Below, in pieces: positions 1-10,164 of a stretch of DNA of 64,000 nt. How positions within the stretch are numbered: position 1 is the first letter of the stretch; every line of letters starts with the position of its first letter. Made by a program: the position numbers and the translations under genes. Below the pieces are notes generated by a model. That model was not told where the DNA came from and ran no database searches. It worked only from the letters and a program-made list of their open reading frames with translations. Source of the DNA: an archaeon (lineage in GTDB: Archaea; Thermoproteota; Nitrososphaeria; Nitrososphaerales; JACAEJ01); the NCBI GenBank assembly GCA_024256285.1, contig JACGUG010000001.1, positions 93,771 through 157,770 on the forward strand, written 5' to 3'.

Positions 1-654
1 GCGATCTCGATTCTTGGAGGGGATAGTCTGCCTGTCGATGACTGGCATGTCGACATCTGTATTGCTGGTAGCCAGAAATGCCTTATGAGTCCGCCCGGGC
101 TGGCTCTACTTTCGATCAGTGATAAGGCATGGTCTATCATAGAAAAAGCTGAAAATACCTTTTACTTCAACCTAAAATCGTACCGCAAGTACAAAGAAGA
201 GGGGCAAACCCCTTTTACTCCAGCCATACCACTGTACTATGCCCTTGATGAAGCATTGAAGATGATCAGAGAAGAGGGGCTCGAAAATGTGATCTCTAGG
301 CATAAAGTTTGTGCCAAAGCGTTTTATAGAGCCGTAGAGGAGATGGGCCTCATACCTTTCACCGAAGAGGAGTTCAGGTCCAATACTGTGATAGCGATAA
401 ACAACCCTCCCAAGGTCAGTGATGTAACGCTTAGGGAGATATTAAGAAAGAAGCACAAAGTAGTCATTGCTGGAGGGCAGGGCAAGCTCAAAGGCAGCAT
501 ATTCAGGATAGGTACGATGGGTAAGATAAGTCAAGCCGAGGTCTTGCAAACGATAGGTGCCCTCAATACGACATTAAGAGATCTTGGTTACGAATCGAAG
601 TTCGATGACAGTATATCGGTAGCAAGAGAGGTCTTCGAAAGAGAGGCAATATAA
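1..654 (+). CDS. class V aminotransferase (serine-pyruvate / alanine-glyoxylate type), 5' end outside window
   Basis: Frame 1 is open from nt 1 and reads DICIAGSQKCLMSPPGLALLS, the SQK PLP-lysine motif of class V aminotransferases. The listed ORF 85..654 is only the part after the first Met. Confidence 0.75.
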   Translation, partial: AISILGGDSLPVDDWHVDICIAGSQKCLMSPPGLALLSISDKAWSIIEKAENTFYFNLKSYRKYKEEGQTPFTPAIPLYYALDEALKMIREEGLENVISRHKVCAKAFYRAVEEMGLIPFTEEEFRSNTVIAINNPPKVSDVTLREILRKKHKVVIAGGQGKLKGSIFRIGTMGKISQAEVLQTIGALNTTLRDLGYESKFDDSISVAREVFEREAI

Positions 655-904
655 TTTCCATATTTCCATTTTACAAGGATTCTTTAAATATCCTTGAATT
701 GGCTATAAGGGCACGAAAGGATTTCTGGGAGCACGGAACTTATCATAGCATACGACCAAAAAAAGAAAGACGCACTTACCATAGTCAAGTTTGGTGGGGA
801 TTCGAACTTTGATTCATTAGTGCAAGGAATGGAGAGCTATTGCCCTGAACTCAAGACAAAAGTATTTTTATCCTCCCCTTTTTTAGCCTCTCTAGGTCAT
901 CGTT

Positions 905-1642
905 ATGCCATTAGATGCAGGTACGTTAGCATACATCAACTACACGGCCAAGATCAAGGATGTTGGAGAGGTGATAGAAGTAACTGTTGAAGACGAGGCT
1001 AAAAAACTCGGAGTGCATGACCCAGCCCAAAGGTATGAGCCAAGGTTGGTTGCCATAGGCGAAGGGTGGGTCCTCAAGGGTTTAGATGAAGCATTGATGG
1101 CAGCAGATGTTGGGGAGAAGGTAAGCGTAGAGGTGCCTCCTGAGAAGGGTTTTGGTCAGAGAGACCCTAGCAAGGTGAAGATGATCCCATTGAGGAAGTT
1201 CGGGGAAAAAGCTTCAGAACTCCGTATTGGAAACGAAGTCGAGATCGATAATAAGATAGGCATCGTAAGATTCGTTGGGTCAGGAAGGGCTCAGATCGAC
1301 TTCAACCATAGGCTAGCTGGGAAGACCTTGCTCTATGAGGTAGAGGTGGTAAAGAAGCTTGAGACAGACAGAGATAAGATCGTTGCATTGATAAAACGCA
1401 GAATACCTATAGAAGAAGAGAAGATAGAGTTCACCATAGAAGACGGTAGCATTAAAATTCAGCTGCCCAGCGATCTATACCTTGTAGAGGGCATTCAGAT
1501 AATCAAGAGAGCCATATCGAACGATCTCTTTAAGTTCATCAAGGCTATAAGCAAAGTTTATTTCATCGAGCTTTACGAGTCGAAGAAGCCCTCTGAACCG
1601 ACCGGACCAGAAGAAGAGAAGGCGACCCAAGAAGAGGCATGA
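905..1642 (+). CDS. long-type FKBP peptidyl-prolyl cis-trans isomerase
   Basis: GEGWVLKGLDEALMAADVGEKVSVEVPPEKGFGQRDP is a typical archaeal FKBP/SlyD-like core with an IF insert. The 245 aa length fits archaeal long FKBPs. Confidence 0.75.
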   Translation: MPLDAGTLAYINYTAKIKDVGEVIEVTVEDEAKKLGVHDPAQRYEPRLVAIGEGWVLKGLDEALMAADVGEKVSVEVPPEKGFGQRDPSKVKMIPLRKFGEKASELRIGNEVEIDNKIGIVRFVGSGRAQIDFNHRLAGKTLLYEVEVVKKLETDRDKIVALIKRRIPIEEEKIEFTIEDGSIKIQLPSDLYLVEGIQIIKRAISNDLFKFIKAISKVYFIELYESKKPSEPTGPEEEKATQEEA

Positions 1643-1658
1643 TTTAATTCGTCATTTA

Positions 1659-2714
1659 TCAGATAACTCTAACAGAAGTTGCAAGCTTGATCGTTGACTC
1701 ACGATCCAATTTCAACTTGTGAAGAACGGTATACCTCTTAGGTCTGATACGAGGCGCCAATAGAATAGCATCGACGATTGTATTGGGATCGATGCCTAGC
1801 TCATAAGCAGTAGTTGGGGCATGAATGTCCTTCAAAGAGGCGGCGATTTCCTCCCATCTTAGATCGTGGAGCTTTGCCATGATTATAGTTCCCATCCCAC
1901 ACTTTTCACCGTGAAGACCAACTCCCGGGGCCAAGATGTCTAATGCATGACTGAAAAGATGCTCAGATCCGCTACAGGGGCGGCTACTTCCAGCTATACA
2001 GGCTGCAACCCCTGCGCTTATCAAGGCTTCGACAACATCCCTCACGCTATCTCTACCCCCCTCACCTATCTTCTTAGATTCTTCGATGATCAGATTGGCG
2101 CTCAAGCGAGCCAAGTTTGCTGCATACTTTCCGAAGTACTCCCCCATCTCCTCTTTAGCAAGCTCCCAGTCCTTTACAGCCGTTATCTTAGCTATCAGAT
2201 CGCCACAGCCGCTTGCAAGAAGCCTCTTTGGGGCATTGGTTATTAGAGTTATATCAGCCAGAATTCCAATAGGAGGTTTAGCAACCAAAGAATAGGGTGC
2301 GTCGAGCCCTTTTATAGAGGCAAAGGGGCTAGATATTCCATCATGTGAAGCACTGGTCGGGACGCTGATAAAAGGTAAATTTGCATTATAAGCGCTAAGC
2401 TTTGCCACATCCACCGATTTGCCGCCACCGAGACCTACCAACACACGAGCATTTTGGCTTTGAGCCACATCTACCACTCGCTTTACTTGCTCCATTGTAG
2501 CAGAATCGACCAAACACCAAGATGATTCGGTTGATGAGAGCAGTTCATCTATCTTCTCTCCGATCAGTCTTTTTACGTGGGCTCCTGAGATTATCAAGAT
2601 TTTCTGCCCAAAGCCTAGATCATGTATGAAGTCCCCTAATTCTTGTATCGCATCGTAGCCAACTAAAATTTTCCTAGGCAACTCCATTAAATGGTATTTC
2701 AAGATGGGGTTCAA
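1659..2714 (-). CDS. egsA: sn-glycerol-1-phosphate dehydrogenase
   Basis: 351 aa iron-ADH-fold protein with GLGGGKSVDVAK, SVPTSASHDG and CSGSEHLFSHALD motifs characteristic of archaeal G1PDH. Confidence 0.85.
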   Translation of the reverse strand: MNPILKYHLMELPRKILVGYDAIQELGDFIHDLGFGQKILIISGAHVKRLIGEKIDELLSSTESSWCLVDSATMEQVKRVVDVAQSQNARVLVGLGGGKSVDVAKLSAYNANLPFISVPTSASHDGISSPFASIKGLDAPYSLVAKPPIGILADITLITNAPKRLLASGCGDLIAKITAVKDWELAKEEMGEYFGKYAANLARLSANLIIEESKKIGEGGRDSVRDVVEALISAGVAACIAGSSRPCSGSEHLFSHALDILAPGVGLHGEKCGMGTIIMAKLHDLRWEEIAASLKDIHAPTTAYELGIDPNTIVDAILLAPRIRPKRYTVLHKLKLDRESTIKLATSVRVI

Positions 2715-2793
2715 GATTTTGTAGGAAAACTTATTTAATGGAACCTTTTATTATTTATGTAGTGCTTCTACGATCAGATAAAGGTGGCTTATA

Positions 2794-3438
2794 TTGGATT
2801 CTAGACTTACCGATTCACTAGTACGCCACGGGACTACAACTGTAGGATTGGTCTGTGTGGATGGTGTGGTATTCTCCACCGACACAAGGGTCACCATGGC
2901 AATGTTTGTAGCCCACAGAAAAGGAAAGAAGATCTACAAGATCGATGATCATTTAGGGATGACTGTTTCCGGAACCGTTGCAGATGCTCAAAATGTGGTG
3001 GATACCCTCAGATATTACGCAAACATATATAAGTTAGAAAGAAAGATGCCTATCCCGGTCAAGGCAACTGCCAGGTTGGCTTCCAATGTTTTCTTCTCAG
3101 CCAGACTGTTCCCCTATATAACCAACGTGTTGATTGGAGGTTACGATAGCATGGGTGCAAGTATCTTCAATGTAGACCTCTTTGGCTCTCTTACAGAAGA
3201 AAAGTACGTCTCAACGGGGAGTGGTTCTCCTATCGCTTATGGTATACTGGAGAGCGAATATCATGATGACATAACAATAAACGAAGGGACGAGTATAGCG
3301 GTCAAGGCGGTAACTTCAGCTATGAGAAGAGATGCGATGAGTGGAGACAACTTCGATGTGGTGATGGTCAATAAAGATGGTTACAAAGAATTCTCTGAAA
3401 AGGAGAAGAAGGAGGTTCTTGCCAAGGTCTTCGGTTGA
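2794..3438 (+). CDS. psmB: proteasome subunit beta
   Basis: Short propeptide followed by GTTTVGLVCVDGVVFSTDTR (catalytic Thr). TTG start preceded by AAGGTGG. Confidence 0.9.
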   Translation: MDSRLTDSLVRHGTTTVGLVCVDGVVFSTDTRVTMAMFVAHRKGKKIYKIDDHLGMTVSGTVADAQNVVDTLRYYANIYKLERKMPIPVKATARLASNVFFSARLFPYITNVLIGGYDSMGASIFNVDLFGSLTEEKYVSTGSGSPIAYGILESEYHDDITINEGTSIAVKAVTSAMRRDAMSGDNFDVVMVNKDGYKEFSEKEKKEVLAKVFG

Positions 3439-3463
3439 ATTTATTTTGTCACAAAAACAGAAT

Positions 3464-5368
3464 ATGACTCCAAATCTTGAAGTAATGAGTACAATTTTAC
3501 AGAACATTCCCGCTGAAGCTGAAGTAACTAGAATAGAGTATGAAGGGCCGAGGATAGCTCTTTATACTAAGAAACCAGAATTCTTGCTTCTAAACAGTCA
3601 GATAATTTCCGATCTAGTCAATATGATAAAAAAAAGGGTCGTAGTGAGAACTGATAAATTCATTCGGAAGACCGAAGCTGAAGCCAAAGAGATGATCATG
3701 AATATCCTTCCTAAAGAAAGCGAGGTTACCAATATCTTCTTTGATGGGATACTGGGCGAGCTGATCCTTGAAGTTAAAAAACCCAGATTATTAAACTCAA
3801 GAAGTGGGGCGAGTCCAATAGATCTAACTTGTGAGACTGGTTGGAAGGTCAAGATACGTAGGACGCCGCCTATAGCTTCATCGAGTCTCCAGAACATTTA
3901 TCATGCTCTAAAGACTGCACAAGAGTCTCGTGAAAGGTTCTTCAAAGAAACGGGGGAAAGGATCTTTAGGTCAAGACTGAGCTCTGAAGTCGAGGTCAGC
4001 ATTTCAACATTGGGTGCTTTCAGAGAGGTAGGTAGGTCTGCGCTTCTTATAGAAACGAAAGAGAGCAAGATACTTCTTGATTGTGGTATAAATCCCGGCG
4101 CAAAGAATCCGTGGGATGCCTACCCACGCCTCGATTGGGCGAATATATATCTAGATGAGCTAGATTGTGTTATAATAAGCCATGCTCATCTAGATCATAG
4201 TGGTTTCCTCCCTGCACTCTACAAATATGGGTACGATGGACCAGTCTACTGCTCTGAACCTACTCTGCCTTTGATGACCCTATTGCAGATAGATTATGTG
4301 AAAGTCGCTTCAAGGGAAGGAAGTAAAAGATTATATGATGTGAGGGATGTCCGTGAAGTAATTAGACACTGCATCACGTTACCTTATGGGTTGGTCACAG
4401 ATATCTCACCCGATGTTAAACTTGTCCTTAACAACGCAGGTCATATTTTAGGCTCATCGATGGTACATCTACATATAGGTGAGGGAGCACACAATATAGT
4501 TTACAGCGGAGACTTCAAGTTTGGGAGGACTAGATTACTGGAGAGCGCTGTCAGAGATTACCCAAGGGTCGAGACCTTGATCATAGAGAGCACATATGGT
4601 GCCAAGGAGGACATAATGCCAGCTAGAAGGGAAGTCGAATTAAGTTTTGTGAATACTATCAATGAAACTTTGTCAAAAGGAGGGAAAGTTCTGATACCAG
4701 TACCTGCGGTTGGAAGGGCACAAGAGATAATGTTGGTCATAGATGAATATATGAATCAGGGGAAGCTCCTTGAGGCACCTGTATTCATAGAGGGTATGAT
4801 ATCGGAGGCTACGGCGATACATGTAACTTGTTCAGAGTACTTAGCTCGTGATCTTAGGAAGAAGATCTTTGAGACAGATACGAATCCCTTCTGCACAGAG
4901 TACTTTACCAATATAGAACATCCCAACAACAGAGAAGAAGCGTTACAGGAAGGTGCAGCGATAATTATGGCCACATCGGGTATGCTAGAAGGTGGGCCAG
5001 TGCTCGAATATTTTGAGAGGCTTGCGCCTATAGAGAAGAATAAGATATTATTCGTTTCTTATCAGATTCATGGGACTTTGGGAAGGAGAATATTAGACGG
5101 AGCAAAGCAGGTAAGCATCATGAAGGACAATGGTAAGATCAAGATAGTAGATATCAATTGCCAAGTTGAGCGGGTGGAAGGCTTTAGTGGTCATAGTGAC
5201 TACAATCAAATTATAAAATTCGTAAGCAAATTAAGACCGAAGTTACAAAGAGTGATAGTCAACCATGGTGAAAGGAGGAAGACAGAAAACGTAGCGAACA
5301 TGATTTACAGGATCTTTAAGATTCCAGCAATCCAGCCATCTATTCAGGAAGCCATCAGGCTATATTAA
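3464..5368 (+). CDS. beta-CASP ribonuclease aCPSF1 (KH domains plus metallo-beta-lactamase), transcription termination factor FttA family
   Basis: N-terminal KH-like repeats, HAHLDHSG metallo-beta-lactamase motif and a beta-CASP C-terminus (GFSGHSD, VNHGE). I prefer the ATG at 3464, giving about 634 aa, because the ORF-track start at 3377 overlaps psmB. Confidence 0.88.
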   Translation: MTPNLEVMSTILQNIPAEAEVTRIEYEGPRIALYTKKPEFLLLNSQIISDLVNMIKKRVVVRTDKFIRKTEAEAKEMIMNILPKESEVTNIFFDGILGELILEVKKPRLLNSRSGASPIDLTCETGWKVKIRRTPPIASSSLQNIYHALKTAQESRERFFKETGERIFRSRLSSEVEVSISTLGAFREVGRSALLIETKESKILLDCGINPGAKNPWDAYPRLDWANIYLDELDCVIISHAHLDHSGFLPALYKYGYDGPVYCSEPTLPLMTLLQIDYVKVASREGSKRLYDVRDVREVIRHCITLPYGLVTDISPDVKLVLNNAGHILGSSMVHLHIGEGAHNIVYSGDFKFGRTRLLESAVRDYPRVETLIIESTYGAKEDIMPARREVELSFVNTINETLSKGGKVLIPVPAVGRAQEIMLVIDEYMNQGKLLEAPVFIEGMISEATAIHVTCSEYLARDLRKKIFETDTNPFCTEYFTNIEHPNNREEALQEGAAIIMATSGMLEGGPVLEYFERLAPIEKNKILFVSYQIHGTLGRRILDGAKQVSIMKDNGKIKIVDINCQVERVEGFSGHSDYNQIIKFVSKLRPKLQRVIVNHGERRKTENVANMIYRIFKIPAIQPSIQEAIRLY

Positions 5369-5391
5369 ATTTTATTTGAAGACTTTAAAGT

Positions 5392-5697
5392 TTAGATCGA
5401 ACCTCTCCATATCTTTACGCCTGGAGGGGTTATCACTATCCTCTCCTCACCCAACCTTGCTATATCCCCTCCAATTGAAACTGAAAATTCGTAAAGTTCC
5501 TCGACGGCTCTCTTGAGCTCTTCTACATCCTTCTGTGCAAGAGGAGTGATCTTCAATATGATTATCATCTTTCTATTTACATCGCTCTTTATTTTAGGGA
5601 GTTCTTCCAAGGATTTTAATGGGAGAGCTTTCAAGTAGATCGGCTCTCCACTTTCCCTTTCACGGTCTCTTTCTGTAATGTTTTGAACCAATTTCAA
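5392..5697 (-). CDS. sepF: SepF-like cell division protein (DUF552)
   Basis: 101 aa. The C-terminal GGDIARLGEERIVITPPGVKI matches the SepF core pattern. Confidence 0.6.
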   Translation of the reverse strand: MKLVQNITERDRERESGEPIYLKALPLKSLEELPKIKSDVNRKMIIILKITPLAQKDVEELKRAVEELYEFSVSIGGDIARLGEERIVITPPGVKIWRGSI

Positions 5698-5766
5698 TAT
5701 CTTGTATGCATCGTGTTATTTATTAGTTTAGATTTTTATGAATTTATTCAGTTATTATTGTAATAA

Positions 5767-6249
5767 TTATACAACCAATCGCTTGTGAGCTTCCCAGAAC
5801 CTATCCCCAATGTAATGTTTATTTTTCACCACAACGCCTCTGCTCATCCTTTCCATATCCGATTCATCAACAAGGGCTATGCCAACAGCTATGAACTTCT
5901 TATATCTACTCTCGTGGACAACCACTACATCGCCCTTCCTGAAACTTTCCGATTTGACGATACCGGGACGCATTACATCTGCTCCATTGCAGATATGGGG
6001 TACTGCACCTAGATCGACTTCTATATGGGGAAATTTGCTGAGAGTCTCAGTGCTCTTCAAGAAGGGTAGCAAGAGATCGCCGACCTTGACAACGCCAAGA
6101 TCGGGGAAGAGGAGGAGATTTTTACGTGTATCTATCTCAATAACTTTTACTTGAGAAAAATTGGTAAAGTCTAGATTCACAGGCCACGTCTTAGCTATAT
6201 CATTAATGATAGCCCGCGTATCTCTCTTTGAGAGGGTGTAAATCCTCAT
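5767..6249 (-). CDS. PUA-domain RNA-binding protein
   Basis: 160 aa. The C-terminal half CNGADVMRPGIV...GDVVVVHE...AVGIAL is a PUA domain signature. Confidence 0.6.
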   Translation of the reverse strand: MRIYTLSKRDTRAIINDIAKTWPVNLDFTNFSQVKVIEIDTRKNLLLFPDLGVVKVGDLLLPFLKSTETLSKFPHIEVDLGAVPHICNGADVMRPGIVKSESFRKGDVVVVHESRYKKFIAVGIALVDESDMERMSRGVVVKNKHYIGDRFWEAHKRLVV

Positions 6250-6347
6250 ATATTGAACTTGAATAAAAAGGTTGGATATGAGTCTTTATTCAAAGAGTTA
6301 ACTTAAATAATGGGAGGTTAAGCTAGTTTACTCATAGGCGATGATCC

Positions 6348-6578
6348 GTGGCAGTAGATATGGCGGTTAAAGTGCTCGATGAGAGTGTTGGTAAAGTTGT
6401 ACTGATAAAATTGAGGGGTGGGAGGGTCATTCGAGGGGTTCTTCAAGGGTTCGACCAGCACATGAATTTGCTTCTAGAAAATTCTGAAGAGGTTCGAGAA
6501 GAAGGGGAGATCCGTAAGTTGGGCATGATAATCGTTAGGGGAGACAATGTCGTGATAATTTCGCCTCCGCCTAAGTAA
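6348..6578 (+). CDS. Sm-like (LSm) archaeal protein
   Basis: Sm1/Sm2 motifs: GRVIRGVLQGFDQHMNLLLENSEE and IIVRGDNVVIISP. The start may instead be the ATG at 6360. Confidence 0.9.
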   Translation: MAVDMAVKVLDESVGKVVLIKLRGGRVIRGVLQGFDQHMNLLLENSEEVREEGEIRKLGMIIVRGDNVVIISPPPK

Positions 6579-6633
6579 GTCAAAGATTGTTAAAAGGTAA
6601 TATCTTTAACCTAAAAGAGTCTTTATTATCAGG

Positions 6634-8121
6634 ATGCAGTCAAAGATAGCTAAGGCGATCGTTGAAGCGCTTGCTAGTGGGTACCAGTTAGACCCTGAAG
6701 CTTTTGGGTCCCTCCTAAAATTCGATGAAAAGATCGATGTAGTAGAATTAGTTATGAAAGCGGTTCAGATCAAGTATCATAGTGATGATAAACAGACTGT
6801 CCTCACCAAACAAGATATAGAAAAAGCACTCCCGCCCGACCTTAAAGAGACCGATTCAGCTCATGGGGAGGCAGAGCCTATGGTGCCAGAGTACATCGAA
6901 CCAGAGTACAAGATAATCAAGGATCCAACGGATAATATCTTTCCTATTGAAGGGTTAAAGGGATTCCAAAGTCTCTTCAGAAGCCGTTTAGAAAAGTTGA
7001 TGAAGATCGTGAAGGAGAGGCCAGATTCGTATCAGATCAGGCAGATATCGACTCTCAAGAAGGAGGTATCTAACAGTTCTCAGAAGATCGCGGGGCTTGT
7101 CATGAATAAAAAGATCAGGCGGGCGTATGTGGAACTTACTATCGATGATATTAGTGGTAGGATCAGAACCATCGCTTTAGATGAAGCAGTGAAAAAAAAT
7201 GCGACCGAGGTCTGTCTTGATCAGTTGGCGGTTTTAGACTTGCAGTTCAGTAAAAGAGGGTCGGCGATAGTGAAGGATGTCTACTCACCCGATATACCTG
7301 AACGCTTGCCCAATAGGTCAAAGAAGGAGGTCTACGCTGTCTTTACCTCTGATACACATGTAGGAAGTAATACTTTTCTCTTTAATGCTTTCAACAGATT
7401 CATCCTCTGGCTCAATGGGAAACTTGGCGATGATTCGATCGTAAGAAGAGTGAAGTATCTGATAATAGGGGGGGATGTAGTGGATGGTGTTGGCATATAT
7501 CCCAACCAAGAAAAGGAGCTTCAGGAAGTCGATATCTATGAGCAACACAAGAAGTTTATTCAACTTATAGAACAGGTACCAAAACATATTAAAATATTCA
7601 TAATACCTGGGAACCATGACCCAGTAAGGCAGGCACTACCACAACCAGGCATCCCTGAGAAGTATGCTGGCCAACTCTATCATATGGAAAATGTAGTGAT
7701 GCTTGGAAATCCGATTCATTTGAATTTACATGGTGTAAATGTACTTGTTTGCCATGGTAGAAGTCTGGATGATATAGTCGCAACAACGCCTGGACTTACG
7801 TTCTCAAAGCCTGCATCAGCCATGAAGGCCTTACTTAAAGCCAGACATCTTGCCCCTACATATGGAGGAAGGACACCTATAGCTCCAGAGCAGGAGGACC
7901 ATTTAGTGATAGAAGAAGTGCCAGATATCTTCCACACAGGGCATGTGCATACTGTAGATGTTGATACTTATCGGGGAACTCTTTTGATCAACTCTGGGAC
8001 ATGGCAGGGACAGACATCTTATCAAATGAACATGGGGCTCAAACCTACACCCGGTATAGTGCCCATAGTCAACTTGGCAACTTTAGAAGTAACTTTAAAG
8101 AACTTCGTCATGATGGAATGA
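6634..8121 (+). CDS. polB: DNA polymerase II (PolD) small subunit DP1
   Basis: 495 aa. OB-fold region followed by calcineurin-like phosphoesterase motifs (FTSDTHVGS, GGDVVDG, GNHD, GHVH). Confidence 0.9.
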   Translation: MQSKIAKAIVEALASGYQLDPEAFGSLLKFDEKIDVVELVMKAVQIKYHSDDKQTVLTKQDIEKALPPDLKETDSAHGEAEPMVPEYIEPEYKIIKDPTDNIFPIEGLKGFQSLFRSRLEKLMKIVKERPDSYQIRQISTLKKEVSNSSQKIAGLVMNKKIRRAYVELTIDDISGRIRTIALDEAVKKNATEVCLDQLAVLDLQFSKRGSAIVKDVYSPDIPERLPNRSKKEVYAVFTSDTHVGSNTFLFNAFNRFILWLNGKLGDDSIVRRVKYLIIGGDVVDGVGIYPNQEKELQEVDIYEQHKKFIQLIEQVPKHIKIFIIPGNHDPVRQALPQPGIPEKYAGQLYHMENVVMLGNPIHLNLHGVNVLVCHGRSLDDIVATTPGLTFSKPASAMKALLKARHLAPTYGGRTPIAPEQEDHLVIEEVPDIFHTGHVHTVDVDTYRGTLLINSGTWQGQTSYQMNMGLKPTPGIVPIVNLATLEVTLKNFVMME

Positions 8122-8134
8122 TTATTTATTTTGT

Positions 8135-9337
8135 TTATAAGATAGAACTCATGATGGGGTCTTCTGAAAATACTTCTCTTACAAGTTGCAATTGGACTAG
8201 TGGGTTGATCTGCTTAGTTCTTCCATAACGACCTTTGCTGATTACTTTAGCAACTATTAGACCCAGTAGGTCAAGTTCACCGATGAGCATGTTAACTCGT
8301 CTCGAAGTTAGTGCATCTACATTGATCTTTTGGCATATTTTAGAATAATATTCATAAACTTCACCGGTAGAGTGGACTCCACCTGAAGATGTTATAGTCC
8401 ATAATAAGAGCTTGGCATGAAGAGGCAGAGATCTAAGAACTTCTACCATGCGGTCCTGCTCGATCTTCTGAACAGCGATCCTAACATGTCTCTCCTCAAC
8501 TTTCATGGCACCCTCCCTCTCTGCGACTTCACCAGATACCCTTAAGAGGTCTAAGGCTCGTCGAGCGTCACCATGCTCAGAACCTGCCAAGGCAGCGCAT
8601 AGATTTATCGATGCTTCCGTCACAACATTGTCAAAGAAAGCGATCTTGGCTCGGTCAGAGAGTATGGCCCTTAACTCCTCTGCTGTATAAGGCGGGAAGA
8701 TTATCTCTTCTTCACTTAAGCTACTCAACACTCTTGGATTAAGAAACTCTTTGAAGTTTAAGTCGTTGGATATGCCTATTATAGCCAGATAACCTTTAGG
8801 GAGTTGCTCATTTGCACGAGTGAGTTCGTAAAGCAAGTCATCACTATAGTTTTTTACTAAAAAGTCGATTTCATCCATCACCAATACCACCGTTAATATA
8901 GATGATTCTATCTTAGATGTTATCCGTCTAAAGACTTCATTAACCGCTAAGCCAGTAAAGGGAACCGACAACCCTATAGATTGGGCCATATCGAAGAGAA
9001 CCCTATACTCTGTACCAGCTACCCTTGTATTTGAATAAGCGAATTTGATCTTTAGATCTGGAGTTAAAGCTTTTTCTTCCAGTCTTTGGAGGACGTATTT
9101 AGCGACTGCTGTCTTACCTGTTCCAGATTTACCATAAATAAAAAGGTTTGAACATTTCGATTTATGTAAAAGAGGAGCCAGAGCCTCACCCATAGCTGTG
9201 ATCTGCTTCTCACGGAAAGGTAATTTTGATGGTATGTAATCTGATCTTAAAACATTTCGATCTTTATATAAAGATTGGCCAGATAGAGCTTTAGTAAAGA
9301 TTTCATCTAAGAGGTCTTTAGGTTTACCATTCACCAT
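8135..9337 (-). CDS. cdc6: Orc1/Cdc6 replication initiator
   Basis: 400 aa AAA+ protein with Walker A GKSGTGKT, Walker B VLVMDEID and a C-terminal winged helix. It abuts an AT-rich region carrying ORB-like boxes. Confidence 0.92.
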   Translation of the reverse strand: MVNGKPKDLLDEIFTKALSGQSLYKDRNVLRSDYIPSKLPFREKQITAMGEALAPLLHKSKCSNLFIYGKSGTGKTAVAKYVLQRLEEKALTPDLKIKFAYSNTRVAGTEYRVLFDMAQSIGLSVPFTGLAVNEVFRRITSKIESSILTVVLVMDEIDFLVKNYSDDLLYELTRANEQLPKGYLAIIGISNDLNFKEFLNPRVLSSLSEEEIIFPPYTAEELRAILSDRAKIAFFDNVVTEASINLCAALAGSEHGDARRALDLLRVSGEVAEREGAMKVEERHVRIAVQKIEQDRMVEVLRSLPLHAKLLLWTITSSGGVHSTGEVYEYYSKICQKINVDALTSRRVNMLIGELDLLGLIVAKVISKGRYGRTKQINPLVQLQLVREVFSEDPIMSSIL

Positions 9338-9379
9338 TTTCGAAGCTCCTCAATAAAAATTAGAGTGGGGATACTCCCA

Positions 9380-9401
9380 CACCCCTCTTTTTCTACTGCA
9401 G
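9380..9401 (-). repeat. ORB-like origin recognition box 1 (inverted)
   Basis: Plus strand reads CACCCCTCTTTTTCTACTGCAG. Its reverse complement CTGCAGTAGAAAAAGAGGGGTG matches box 2 at 16 of 22 positions, including the GGGGTG G-string. Confidence 0.55.
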
Positions 9402-9550
9402 ACCGATTTTTAAGATTATTGTTGTTGTTATGATAATAAAGATTCAGACCGTACTAGATTGATAAATAAAATTTAATTATAAATAAATCAATAATATTTA
9501 ATCATTAAATCAATTTTCTTACTTATTAGGTCTATGAATCAAATGTTTTA
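9402..9550. other. candidate duplex unwinding element of oriC
   Basis: My hand count gives 28 G+C in 149 nt (about 81% A+T). It is flanked by the inverted boxes 1 and 2. Confidence 0.55.
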
Positions 9551-9572
9551 TTCCATTTGAAAGATAGGGGTG
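9551..9572 (+). repeat. ORB-like origin recognition box 2
   Basis: TTCCATTTGAAAGATAGGGGTG resembles the published archaeal ORB pattern of a TTCCAnTGGAAA dyad plus a G-string. Confidence 0.6.
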
Positions 9573-9613
9573 AGTGGCTAAAAATTACTCTTAATTACTT
9601 TTTAATGAATTTA

Positions 9614-10012
9614 TCAACGCTGTAAGTTGGTTTGGGCTCTACGATATGACCAACCTATACCAATTCTATTTCGCACCAATACTCCTTTATCCATAAACCT
9701 CTGTAAATATGTTGATATAGTACTCAACTTTATGGGAGTGTTATATTCATCTTCATAAGCCTCTAAGATATCTGTGGAAGTAAAAGATCCAAAGGTGAAC
9801 TTCTTTTCAATAAGATTGTAAAGACGACCGAATTGTGTATTGAGGGAGAAGGTAAGTCTCTGATCAACTTCATTCTTGCCTTCTATCAAATCAACCATGT
9901 TTACAATCTTCAATATTTTATCATGAGAAAGCTTTCCCTCCATAGATATCCTATACCTTCCCCCTTCTTCATCATCAAACTCGATCTTGATCTTCCGTTT
10001 AACCAAATTCAC
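9614..10012 (-). CDS. small winged-helix protein, uncharacterised, located between ORB boxes 2 and 3
   Basis: The C-terminus STISTYLQRFMDKGVLVRNRIGIGWSYR looks like a wHTH recognition helix plus wing. I prefer the GTG at 10012, about 27 nt downstream of a TTTATAAT box. The ORF-track start at 10159 adds 49 low-complexity residues from AT-rich sequence. Confidence 0.5.
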   Translation of the reverse strand: MNLVKRKIKIEFDDEEGGRYRISMEGKLSHDKILKIVNMVDLIEGKNEVDQRLTFSLNTQFGRLYNLIEKKFTFGSFTSTDILEAYEDEYNTPIKLSTISTYLQRFMDKGVLVRNRIGIGWSYRRAQTNLQR

Positions 10013-10164
10013 ATAATCGTAACATTTTTTAATTATAAAGAAATATGTGTGAACAAGTGAACTTAAGGTAAAATACTTATGACATCTTGATGAAGTGTTA
10101 TCTTGGCTTAACAGACGTTCACAATACACTGGAAATATCATTAATAAAATCAACCTCATAAGAG

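Noticed and set aside
793-807. GGTGGGGATTCGAAC, which resembles a tRNA T-arm or 3' fragment on the minus strand in the 250-nt spacer before the FKBP gene
   Set aside because: The 5' half of the T stem does not pair (CAAAG versus CCCCA). There is no acceptor partner and no matching intact tRNA in the window. It is too short to separate from chance.
1947-2295. Antisense or alternative-frame ORFs from the track, such as 1947..2246, 3598..3897, 13243..13524, 22670..23014, 25470..25922, 27891..28391, 30224..30577, 41041..41403, 43812..44093, 50164..50481 and 63048..63815
   Set aside because: Each lies entirely within, or antisense to, a confidently assigned conserved gene. Their translations are low-complexity and Ser/Leu/Pro/Arg-rich, as expected for shadow ORFs.
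3377-3463. N-terminal extensions given by the ORF track for aCPSF1 (3377), ilvD (29250), atpF (36676), the secreted protein (35791), tspO (51659) and the wHTH gene (10159)
   Set aside because: The extensions overlap upstream genes or promoter-like AT-rich DNA and add non-conserved residues. Internal starts give canonical N-termini, often with a GGTG/GGAGG box upstream.
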